Shown here: positions 6,512 through 14,881 of the stretch, piece by piece
Numbering within the stretch: position 1 is the stretch's first letter
Layout: each line of letters begins with the position of its first letter
Source: a virus
Taxonomy: Duplodnaviria; Caudoviricetes
IMG/VR virus record: IMGVR_UViG_3300044723_002287
Location: 1 to 31,032 of that record
Length of the DNA stretch: 31,032 bases
Reading direction: 5' to 3' (one strand)
Notes under the pieces: generated by a model
The model's input: the letters and a program-made list of their open reading frames with translations, nothing else
Database searches by the model: none
What the model was told of the DNA's origin: nothing
Translations under genes and position numbers: made by a program

Positions 6512-7801
6512 TTAAGTGGTTAAAGCTGACTCGACTTCAGCTTGAGTGAACCCTAAACGAAACAGTTTACAGTTAGGGTCTTCTTGCAGTTCTTGCTGGT
6601 ATTTAATGGTAACACCATCTAAATCGGTTTCGGTTCTAACTCGGTGAGTTGCGTCTGTAATCCCTGCATCTTCTGGCGCTAAGTCTGCTGTTTTAAACCA
6701 GTTCAGTCTAGTGTCTAAGAGCGCTTGGTACTGAGTCTGCCAACCGGACAGGTTTTGATTTTTAATGTATTCGTAGTCGAATTTAGTGTTTAGGTGTTTG
6801 GGAATCCCTCGCATACCGATAGTCTCCTTGAGTTTAGTGATTTCTAGGGTTTGCAATAAATGATAAGTGTTTGCCCAACTCGCCCAACCTTCATACGATG
6901 CTAGTGTTGAACGAAATCGAATGCTACTACAAGCAGGCCAGTTCTTTTTGAGCTCACTGATCCTTTGAATCATTTGTTTTGCTGTTGATTTTCGTAACAG
7001 TTTCTTTGTAGGGAAATGGCGATAACCAACAAAATCAACGCCTGTCTCGACAGGCTTTAGCGACCACCTGCTAATTTCTAGTTTTAGTGATCTCTTTAAA
7101 AAATCTACAATATTTACACGAACAAACTGCAACCATTCCTTGCTATCGCCAAATATTAAAAAATCATCAACGTAACGGCAATATCCTTTGATTCTATATT
7201 TGTGTTTTAAGTATTGGTCTAATTCATTTAAGTATAAATTGCCAAACCATTGGCTTGTGTAATTCCCTATTGGGCAGCCTTCGGCACTACTGATGATTTC
7301 TTTAATTAGCATTAAAGTGCGTTTGCATTTTATCTTTTGCTGAACAACAGAAAATAAAATCTGATGGTCAACACTCGGATAAAACTTCCGAATATCCATT
7401 TGCAAACAGTATTTATATTTTTGCACACAGCTCTGAGCATAGTTGCTGGCTCGGTGAAGTCCTAATTGTTTACGACAAGCAAAACTTTGCGCTAATAAAA
7501 CCCTGTCCCAGATTGGCTCAAGGATCTGGATAATAGCGTGTTGGACGATTCTGTCAGGAGCAAATGGAAGCACATAAATTATTCTGCGTTTTGGTTTTAG
7601 AATCTCTTTTATACGGTATTGGCTGGTCTGGTACTTACCATCTACTAATTGCTTGCGGATTTCCGCCAATCCTACTTCGCTACGATTGTCAAATTCTTGG
7701 ACTACTCGCTGCCAAGACTTACCTTTTCTTGCGTTACGATAGGCAAGATTTAAATTGTCAGCAGACACAATCTGCTCAAAAAGATTCCCGTGACGTTTCA
7801 T
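6512..7801 (-). CDS. DGR reverse transcriptase with a 100-aa C-terminal extension
   Basis: RT motifs PKRRII..PF.PDRIVQHAI, SFACRK..G.H, LQMDIRKFYPSVDH, PIGNYTSQWFGNLYL (DGR-type SQ), RYVDDF and VDFVGY; adjacent to the TR. Confidence 0.96.
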   Translation of the reverse strand: MKRHGNLFEQIVSADNLNLAYRNARKGKSWQRVVQEFDNRSEVGLAEIRKQLVDGKYQTSQYRIKEILKPKRRIIYVLPFAPDRIVQHAIIQILEPIWDRVLLAQSFACRKQLGLHRASNYAQSCVQKYKYCLQMDIRKFYPSVDHQILFSVVQQKIKCKRTLMLIKEIISSAEGCPIGNYTSQWFGNLYLNELDQYLKHKYRIKGYCRYVDDFLIFGDSKEWLQFVRVNIVDFLKRSLKLEISRWSLKPVETGVDFVGYRHFPTKKLLRKSTAKQMIQRISELKKNWPACSSIRFRSTLASYEGWASWANTYHLLQTLEITKLKETIGMRGIPKHLNTKFDYEYIKNQNLSGWQTQYQALLDTRLNWFKTADLAPEDAGITDATHRVRTETDLDGVTIKYQQELQEDPNCKLFRLGFTQAEVESALTT

Positions 7802-7908
7802 TTTCTAGAGAGATGTCCTTCGCTCTCACTACCAAACACCTCTCCCACCGTTGTGTATTTTGGCAAAAGCCAAGGTGAGCCAGCCAGCCAGTGGTGTTGT
7901 GGCCCTCT
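7802..7908 (-). ncRNA. DGR spacer RNA between TR and RT
   Basis: Hairpin TTGGC-TTTT-GCCAA (7860-7873) and an 11-bp stem with G-U pairs 7834-7844/7808-7818. The position matches the structured 3' spacer of DGR RNAs. Confidence 0.6.
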
Positions 7909-8023
7909 CACTGTCTCTGCGTGACCCGATGTTGTCGTTGAGATTCAAAGGTGAATTATTCCAATTGACACTACGTGACCTGCATTTCGTGCCATTGTTC
8001 CAATTGCTGCCCACGATCCCGTG
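7909..8023 (-). repeat. DGR template repeat (TR)
   Basis: 115-nt ungapped match to 8083-8197 (offset 174); 23 of 24 mismatches at coding-strand adenines; nine AAY codons in the VR frame. Confidence 0.97.
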
Positions 8024-8068
8024 CTGTAACAACGGTACTGCCTCACCCTCCCAGAGGGACTTTTAAAA

Positions 8069-9247
8069 TTAGTACAGACTTCCACTAACTCCGCGCGACC
8101 CGACGAAGCCGCTGAGATTCAAAGGCGAATTATTCCAAAAGACACCACGCGACCCGCATTCCGCGCCACCGCTCCAACTGCCGCCCACGACCCCGCGATT
8201 TGGGACTGCGTATCCCTGACCCCGACCGATAGAATTAACCCCATCGTATGTCGTTCCATCGGAGGCGGTGTCTTGAACTGCATAACTAGCTGCACCACCG
8301 TCAGAGCCTGTTTCATTCACCCATTGCCACAATGCTCCTGCACAATCCTCGCAGCCGATATTTGAGATCATTCTCCGACTAGCTGTGTCACTATGCCCTC
8401 CAGTCGTCCCAGGGTCTGCTGATCCGCTGATATTGGTTTCTTGATTGCTGCCAATAGCTAGAGCCATAAACTCTGCTTGCGTCGGAAGTCGCTTCTCAAT
8501 TTCCGCAAATCGTTCCACAAAATTATACCAGTGATAATCGGGGTTGCTTGCCCCATCAACGATGGTTCCACCGTAACTGCTTTCCAGCGTTGTCGTATTA
8601 CTGGCTAGATAAATATCTGCCCAAAGTTTGTTCCCGACATAAACCATCCCCTCAGGATTTGCCGTTGGACGATGTTGCGCTTGTGTCCAAACACTTCTAG
8701 GTAGAATATCCCCATCCAAGTAACCTGTGAGGGAGTGTCCGCTAATCGTTCCGACATCAACACAGAGGCAGTGGAATCCGCCAATTTTGCGAGAGTTTGT
8801 GGCACTGGCTGTCACACCACCAACGGTTCCATCAGGATAGGTAGAATTGGGGCTTAAACAGAAATTGGGAGTAGTTCCCGAACTAGGTTCTACTGCAAAA
8901 ATATAGACATCCTCGCCATTGCGGTTTGCTGCTGTGGCCTTTGAGGTTTCATTACTGGCCCACGAGCCTGTTGTGTCTGCATCCAGTGTGGTTGCCGCAG
9001 AAAGTGTGTAAACAGTGGCGTTGATTCGTAGTTGCATTGCTGGAATATTGACTGTCCGCCTTTCTGAAGCTGTAGCAGAACCAGCATAAAATCCGGCACT
9101 GGCATCATTGCCCCCTGTGATTTGCTGCTCGGCTAGATACCAGTTGGGGATTGTAGGCGGAACGGCCTGAACCGAACCTCCAAAACTGATAAGGCCACCG
9201 GATTCAGTTGCCAAAGTCACACTGTTTAGTTGAATCTCTCCTGCCAT
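8069..9247 (-). CDS. mtd: Mtd-like receptor-binding protein (C-type lectin fold), DGR target
   Basis: Shares SRKIGGFH, P.GM....WADIYL, WYNF.E......KRLP...EF.ALA.G, G.LW.W and GG.W......GSR...W motifs with Bordetella phage BPP-1 Mtd as recalled; VR at the C-terminus. Confidence 0.9.
   Translation of the reverse strand: MAGEIQLNSVTLATESGGLISFGGSVQAVPPTIPNWYLAEQQITGGNDASAGFYAGSATASERRTVNIPAMQLRINATVYTLSAATTLDADTTGSWASNETSKATAANRNGEDVYIFAVEPSSGTTPNFCLSPNSTYPDGTVGGVTASATNSRKIGGFHCLCVDVGTISGHSLTGYLDGDILPRSVWTQAQHRPTANPEGMVYVGNKLWADIYLASNTTTLESSYGGTIVDGASNPDYHWYNFVERFAEIEKRLPTQAEFMALAIGSNQETNISGSADPGTTGGHSDTASRRMISNIGCEDCAGALWQWVNETGSDGGAASYAVQDTASDGTTYDGVNSIGRGQGYAVPNRGVVGGSWSGGAECGSRGVFWNNSPLNLSGFVGSRGVSGSLY
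8083..8197 (-). repeat. DGR variable repeat (VR)
   Basis: Encodes RGVVGGSWSGGAECGSRGVFWNNSPLNLSGFVGSRGVS; the TR equivalent reads HGIVGSNWNNGTKCRSRSVNWNNSPLNLNDNIGSRRDS. Confidence 0.97.
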
Positions 9248-11224
9248 TTAGTGTCTCACTGAAAGGGTTCCTGTTATGTTTGCTGTGCCTGTTAAATTAA
9301 AAGGGCCATCTATAGAAACAAGTTTGCCTTGAATCGTCAGAGTCCCACTAAACGTGGTGTCTCCCATGTAGAGTCGGTTATTACCGGATGCTACGGTGAT
9401 GCTGTCACTGATACTATTGGCGTGTTCAAACGCATTCGCTACTCCTGCCGTAAATACCTGGCTTTGCGTGACCCACTCTACGTCGGTGCCACCGGAATTC
9501 AGCGCCAGAACTTTGCTGCCGTTGCCGTTGTAGCTGGGTAACAGGTTCCCGCGTGCCACGCTGGCCGTACTTGCGCCGGTGCCGCCGTCTGCTATGGCGA
9601 GATCAGTAATGCCGGTCACAGAGCCACCTGTGATGCTGACGCTGTTGGAATCTTGTGTGGCAATACTCCCCAGCCCTAGACTCGTGCGGGCCGTAGCCCC
9701 TGATTCAGCGACCCAAGCGGTACCGTTGCCGACAATGAAGTTGCCATCCGTAACGGCAAGAGCTGCGATCTCACCCAGCCCAGCATCGTAGGCTTGCACC
9801 GTGCTGTTGATGTCGCTGTCTACCACCACGTTGCTACCACCGTTCTGAAGCGTGCCGGTGAAGTTGGCGGTAGTGTCTCCATAGTCGGCATTGGTAGCGC
9901 TGTAGGCTTCAACGGTAGAACCAATATCAGAATCGACCACCACGTTGCTGCCCCCGTTCTGAAGCGTGCCGGTGAAGTTGGCAGTAGTGTCATCGTACTT
10001 GGCAGTGTCTGCGTCAAAGGCTTGAATGTCGGTGCCTGGCACCAGCGATAACGTGGCTTGAATCGTGGCCGCATCCGCATCATCTAGGATCGTCCTGGCA
10101 AAAGCGGTGAGGTCCGTGACGGCGTAGGTGTCGCTAGCCGTCGTGTAGATCATCTTGTTAGCAGCCGTGGTGAGCCCGCTGATCGACTGTAGACCGGCAT
10201 CATAGGCTTGAACATCACTGCCCAAGGTGACGCCTAACAGCGTTCTGGCTTCACTGGCTGAAGTCCCGCCGGTACCGCCCAACGAAATCGGCACTGTGCC
10301 TGCGGTGATGACCTGGTTGGAGATGGTCAGGTAGTTGTCGGTGACGGTGGCGAGGCTGGTGGTCACGGGCTCAAAGCCTGTGCCGGTGACGTAGTATTTC
10401 AGGATGTTGTTGGCGGTGTCGTACCAGAGGTCACCATTGCCCGGGGTGTCGCTGTACGGATTGGTTGCGCCGGTCTTGAACTGACCTTCGAAACTGGCTA
10501 GGGCGGCTTCTGCTCCAGTCTGTGCCGTTTCTGCGTCTGTCTTGGCCGTCTCTGCAGCAACCTTCAGCGTGCGCACGGTGGCGACATCTACCAGCAGTTC
10601 AAAGTAGCTGGTGTTGGTCAGCAGCGTGCCACTCGGAGCATCCTGCTTGGTGAAGTAAACGTTGTCGTTACTGGAGTCGCGGATCAGGTCACGCACCACA
10701 TAAGCCGCTGTGGTGGTCGTGGCGTCGCTCCCCTTGAACGTGCCGATTTCCTGCGTGGTCACAAAGGCGCCAGTGCTGTCAAAGGCGAGGAGCTTGCCTG
10801 CCAGATCGGCGGTGCCTGCCGCGAGTTTCAAACTGGTAGTGTCCACCTCGCTGACCGTCTCTTCAAAGCCTATCGACTTTTCAATCTTTACGTCGAGCTG
10901 CTGGCACATCATCGTCAATTTATCGAACGCCTTTTCCAGCGTTTCTGCGTCCAGCGCGTCGTTGTTGACGTAGTCGATGGCCTGCAGGTAATCCGTTTCC
11001 CGCTTGATCGTCACCAGCGTCTCTTGAGCAGGCGCACTCAGGAAGGTGACGGTACCCGTAGCGCCTGGATCGGTCAGCGTGAAATGCGTGGTGCGGGTCT
11101 GCTCGGTGGTGTCTAGGAAGACCTTGACCTGATCTAGTTCAGTGTATGGGAAGTTGACGGTAAACGCAGTCGTGCTGCCGTCACCGCCAAACTGAACTTG
11201 GTTTCGTTTTACGCTGACAGTCAT
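9248..11224 (-). CDS. Tail fibre protein (T7 gp17-like N-terminal anchor)
   Basis: GDGSTTAFTVNFPY...VTIKRET...AETLEKAFDKLTM N-terminal domain; Thr/Gly/Ala-rich body with GGTG.STAS.AR-type and VQAYDA repeats. Confidence 0.88.
   Translation of the reverse strand: MTVSVKRNQVQFGGDGSTTAFTVNFPYTELDQVKVFLDTTEQTRTTHFTLTDPGATGTVTFLSAPAQETLVTIKRETDYLQAIDYVNNDALDAETLEKAFDKLTMMCQQLDVKIEKSIGFEETVSEVDTTSLKLAAGTADLAGKLLAFDSTGAFVTTQEIGTFKGSDATTTTAAYVVRDLIRDSSNDNVYFTKQDAPSGTLLTNTSYFELLVDVATVRTLKVAAETAKTDAETAQTGAEAALASFEGQFKTGATNPYSDTPGNGDLWYDTANNILKYYVTGTGFEPVTTSLATVTDNYLTISNQVITAGTVPISLGGTGGTSASEARTLLGVTLGSDVQAYDAGLQSISGLTTAANKMIYTTASDTYAVTDLTAFARTILDDADAATIQATLSLVPGTDIQAFDADTAKYDDTTANFTGTLQNGGSNVVVDSDIGSTVEAYSATNADYGDTTANFTGTLQNGGSNVVVDSDINSTVQAYDAGLGEIAALAVTDGNFIVGNGTAWVAESGATARTSLGLGSIATQDSNSVSITGGSVTGITDLAIADGGTGASTASVARGNLLPSYNGNGSKVLALNSGGTDVEWVTQSQVFTAGVANAFEHANSISDSITVASGNNRLYMGDTTFSGTLTIQGKLVSIDGPFNLTGTANITGTLSVRH
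9822..9991. repeat. Intragenic direct repeat in the tail fibre (56 nt twice, 114-nt period)
   Basis: 9822-9877 vs 9936-9991 with three mismatches; the peptide DTTANFTGTLQNGGSNVVVDSDI occurs twice. Confidence 0.9.
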
Positions 11225-13716
11225 CGGAATCCTCCGCCGGGTGCAACGATTTCGCTAGGGGCCCAGCCGGGCAAAAAGTCTTGGTTGTTCTTTTGTTTGA
11301 AACGTCTTTCCATACGCTGTAAGGAACCTCGGTTTAGAATTTCCTGCACCTGGTAATTGATGAGGTAGTCAAACGCTTGACGGGATGCCCACCAGTTTGC
11401 GTAAGGAATGTTTGCCTTCAGGGCCCGCCAACCGGCTGCGGCTGCGTCTACCGGGTCACCGCCTGTTGCGGCATCTACCGTTGCTGCGCCAAACTCGACC
11501 AGGTCATTGAGCGTTGAACCGCTAGGGCCTGCGGCCAAATCTAAAAAGCTGGTGCTGTACTGGCGGTAATCATTAAACAGGAAGTCACCAGCAATGCCGC
11601 CAAAGCCTGACTGTAAAACTGAAGCGGTGATAATCTTGCCCAAATCCGCCATATCGTCTGGGGTTTTGAGTTCGCGCATCTTTAGCATGTCTTTCATTGC
11701 CATTGCGCCGTACCCCATACCCACCATTGGGACTAGGTGATAGAGAGCAGGCAGCCCCATTTCATAGGCTCTAGGCCACTGCCGAAACAGCATCGTCACA
11801 CCGAAACTGCGGAACTGCCAAAACAGTTTATTTACCATCGCAGAGCGGGTGCCTGCCTGAATGCCTTCATCGCCACTAAAGAAGCGTCCCATGAAGGCTC
11901 TTTCGTTGGCACCAGGTTGCAGCACTGCGAATTCATTTTCGGTAATCAGTACCTGCTGGATCTTTTCCGCCAGTTCGCGGCTGCGTGGGATCGCATCGCC
12001 AGTGATGTTGCCTAGTTCGATCTCATCGAAGACGCGGGTAGGGCTGATGACATCAAGGCCGTTGATCTTTTCAAAGGGAAGCGCCGCAATGTCCTTCCAG
12101 TCTGCCTCGCCGATTTTGTATCTTTCCAGTAGACGGCGGTAATTGGGATTTAACTGGTCCCAGCGCAACTTTGTCGCATCGGCCATATCAGATGCCATCA
12201 AATAGGCAGCACCTTCACGGTAGAAGTTTGTCCAACCGGACAGGCCGTTTAAGCGAAAGAAGTTATTGACGGCGCCCTGCATGAAATCAGTGGTGTCTCG
12301 CGCTCCTGACCAACGGCTGGCGGCACTGCCAATTACCCCATCAAACCCTAGTCCCAACTTGCGGGCAAACATTTCAATTTCTTTGCTCTTGCCCCGCTGT
12401 AGCAGACGCCCCACGCCTATGTTTAGAAAAGCGTTGTGGTAGGCGGTAAAGAAATTTTTACCATGATAGTGCTGGGTGAACGCAACATAGATCGGATCTG
12501 TGGTAGAGCTGAAGATCGCACTACCCAGCTTGCTGAGATTTTGGATGGCGGCAATCCCTTGTGTCCACTTGTGAAGCGCAGGGTTCGCTACCTCAAACGC
12601 AGCTCCGCTGACCTGGTTGTATTCAGACTTCAGCATGGTGCGCTGGTCTGGGGTAAAGTCCTGCCGCTCCAGCAGACGTTTAAACGCACCGTCTGGGTTG
12701 GCCCCCATCACCTTAATTAGTTCCAGGCTGTCGCTTAGGCGCTCTACACCTTGTACAATCGCTTGTACGGCGTTGCTGTGACCGTATTTCTTGTTGTACT
12801 TAATCCATGCGGCAGAGTCCCTGAAGTGAAGCTGACGGCTTTGACTGATCTTTGTAGATAGACTGCGGCGTCCTACACCCGGTTCGCTGACCAACTCCAC
12901 GGTCTGGCGCTTACCGCTTTTGATGTTGTTGTAAACGGCTTCTAAAAACTCACGCTGTTTGTTGGTATCAGCACTTATAAAGGTGCGGTCATCATTCAGT
13001 AATGGCCGAATGTCATTAAACCAGGTATCAAAGCCTGCCTTCCCAATGGCTGCAGAATCATGCGTTTGTGTGGTGACATGATCATCCAGCCACCCGATAG
13101 GAACGCCTTCGGCCTGTAGAGCGTTAATCATTTCCCGCTTTTCCTTCAGGATCGCTTCAGCCATCATGCGGGCTTCTGTATTGCGGCTGGTGCCTAGTCC
13201 ATCAAACAGTTCCTGCACCAAGGCGGTCTGAAAAGCCTCATCGTCAAACAAGCCTCTGCCAAAAGGGTGATAGCCAAAAAAGGTGGGGCGACTGAGCTGT
13301 AAATTCGTTTTACCAAACACGCTCAAGATTCTGCCAACCCGCAACTTGCCCATTGCTATCTGCTTACTGGCAATACTATCCAGCGCCTGGAAGCCACGCC
13401 GTGCGCTACCTACCAGCATTTGAGACAACGTCCTTTCCTTGTTGTTGCCTGCGTCCATGCGGTTGTCCAACGTCTCATTCTTAAAGACCTGCAACTTGCG
13501 CTGTCGGCGTTTCTGCGCTAACTCAAACTTCTCTCTGGCGGTCAGGTCTGCGGCCACCTTGCGGAACTGTATCGTGTAGTCACCTTTGGAATTAGCCCGC
13601 ACATTGCGCTGTTCATTGCGCAGTTGGTCAACCAGGTCTTTGGCTTCCTGTTCTGTCAGCCCAAACTTAGTACTGTTCGCTACACCCAGACAGGGGTCTA
13701 CTTTACGGTTAGCCAT
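11221..13716 (-). CDS. Internal virion (DNA ejection) protein
   Basis: 831 aa helical protein immediately upstream of the tail fibre; SRQLHF, FWQFRSF and GGIAGDFLF motifs of podophage internal proteins. Confidence 0.75.
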   Translation of the reverse strand: MANRKVDPCLGVANSTKFGLTEQEAKDLVDQLRNEQRNVRANSKGDYTIQFRKVAADLTAREKFELAQKRRQRKLQVFKNETLDNRMDAGNNKERTLSQMLVGSARRGFQALDSIASKQIAMGKLRVGRILSVFGKTNLQLSRPTFFGYHPFGRGLFDDEAFQTALVQELFDGLGTSRNTEARMMAEAILKEKREMINALQAEGVPIGWLDDHVTTQTHDSAAIGKAGFDTWFNDIRPLLNDDRTFISADTNKQREFLEAVYNNIKSGKRQTVELVSEPGVGRRSLSTKISQSRQLHFRDSAAWIKYNKKYGHSNAVQAIVQGVERLSDSLELIKVMGANPDGAFKRLLERQDFTPDQRTMLKSEYNQVSGAAFEVANPALHKWTQGIAAIQNLSKLGSAIFSSTTDPIYVAFTQHYHGKNFFTAYHNAFLNIGVGRLLQRGKSKEIEMFARKLGLGFDGVIGSAASRWSGARDTTDFMQGAVNNFFRLNGLSGWTNFYREGAAYLMASDMADATKLRWDQLNPNYRRLLERYKIGEADWKDIAALPFEKINGLDVISPTRVFDEIELGNITGDAIPRSRELAEKIQQVLITENEFAVLQPGANERAFMGRFFSGDEGIQAGTRSAMVNKLFWQFRSFGVTMLFRQWPRAYEMGLPALYHLVPMVGMGYGAMAMKDMLKMRELKTPDDMADLGKIITASVLQSGFGGIAGDFLFNDYRQYSTSFLDLAAGPSGSTLNDLVEFGAATVDAATGGDPVDAAAAGWRALKANIPYANWWASRQAFDYLINYQVQEILNRGSLQRMERRFKQKNNQDFLPGWAPSEIVAPGGGFR

Positions 13717-14881
13717 TGCGGATCAAACATTCGGTGACTTCAAATAAGGCTTGGTGATAGCCTTCCTGCGCTTTTACTTCTTCGTCAATGTACGCCAACT
13801 CACGGGCGTCGGTTTCGCTTAAACGGCCTTCTGCCTCTTCGGTGCGAATACGCTCATCCAACTCAGCTTCCAGTTGCTGCAGGCGTGCTTCGTTGGCGTC
13901 AATCGGCAGATCATCAGGCACAGGATCTGGCGCCGGTTCTACCCTAGCGTCAGCCTGAAAGGTTTCTGCAGGCGTCACTTCTGGTGCTTCAGCGCCATCG
14001 ACGGTCTGTCTGACGGGCTGCGTTGGTGCAAACTTCCCAACATTGACAGATTCGCCTGCGGCCTGCTGTGCAATCGCTACATCAATGGCCGTCTTTGCGT
14101 CCTGTGGTGCGATGTTGGCGGCAGCTCTAGTAGACGGTGTTTCCAGATCGGGTGCCCGCCCTTCCTTGATTTCAATGTCGCCCTTGCGGTTCACTCTGAC
14201 CGTGCCTTCTTGCGCCCGCACTGCTGGATCTGGATCTTTCGGATGCACCCGTCCTAGTGCCGCACCCAATCCAAAGCCTAGCCCCAGCGCCAGCCCTAGC
14301 TCGGTCAGCGCATCACGGGTGTCGTACTTCAGTTGGTAGGTGTCGCGTTCGGCAGCCACCAGGGGCTGAATCAAGGCTGTACCCAGCACCGCGTCAGCGG
14401 CTGTGGTAGCCCCACGACCTAGCCTTCCAGACTGAGCGATCTTGCCCAGCACGGCTGCGCTCTTGGCTTTCGATGCAATGCCCACAAAGGGGATGTAGTT
14501 GACCGGATCGGGCACCGTACCGACTAGCGCACCACCATAGAAAGCGGCTGTGCTACCAATACCGGCACGCTCCAGCAGAAAGCCTAGTTCGCGTTCACGG
14601 TCACGGCGTTCCTTCAGCAATCTAGCTTTGGGCGTTGTGAAGCTATCGTCCCACTTGATCTCTGGATCGTAGAATTTCGATGTCTCCCAGTCTTCCTTGG
14701 TGAGTAGTGGCGCGTTTTCGGCTGCGTCCATGTCCATCACCGACTTCGCCAGCATGAAGCTGACATCGCGGAAGCCCGCATCAATCCCCTCGCTGAACAT
14801 GCGCCCGGCGGAAGGGGTGTAGTCCCTTATGAATTGTTCTTGCCCGCCTGGGAAGTCCGTAGTGTCTGGGTGGTAAATCAT
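13709..14881 (-). CDS. Internal virion protein
   Basis: 390 aa with DPVNYIPF motif and Gly/Ala hydrophobic helices; lies within the ejection-protein block. Confidence 0.65.
   Translation of the reverse strand: MIYHPDTTDFPGGQEQFIRDYTPSAGRMFSEGIDAGFRDVSFMLAKSVMDMDAAENAPLLTKEDWETSKFYDPEIKWDDSFTTPKARLLKERRDRERELGFLLERAGIGSTAAFYGGALVGTVPDPVNYIPFVGIASKAKSAAVLGKIAQSGRLGRGATTAADAVLGTALIQPLVAAERDTYQLKYDTRDALTELGLALGLGFGLGAALGRVHPKDPDPAVRAQEGTVRVNRKGDIEIKEGRAPDLETPSTRAAANIAPQDAKTAIDVAIAQQAAGESVNVGKFAPTQPVRQTVDGAEAPEVTPAETFQADARVEPAPDPVPDDLPIDANEARLQQLEAELDERIRTEEAEGRLSETDARELAYIDEEVKAQEGYHQALFEVTECLIRNG

Noticed and set aside
6512-7801. Group II intron or retron RT
   Set aside because: The DGR-type PIGNYTSQ motif and the adjacent adenine-specific TR/VR pair explain it; no intron domain V/VI or msr-msd was seen.
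7829-8032. 67-aa ORF resembling the Mtd C-terminus
   Set aside because: It is the TR read in the VR frame. TRs are typically stop-free, the start is a TTG, and there is no evidence of a protein.
9822-9991. Second TR/VR pair in the tail fibre
   Set aside because: There is no similarity to the TR and the three mismatches are not adenine-specific; it is an ordinary intragenic duplication.
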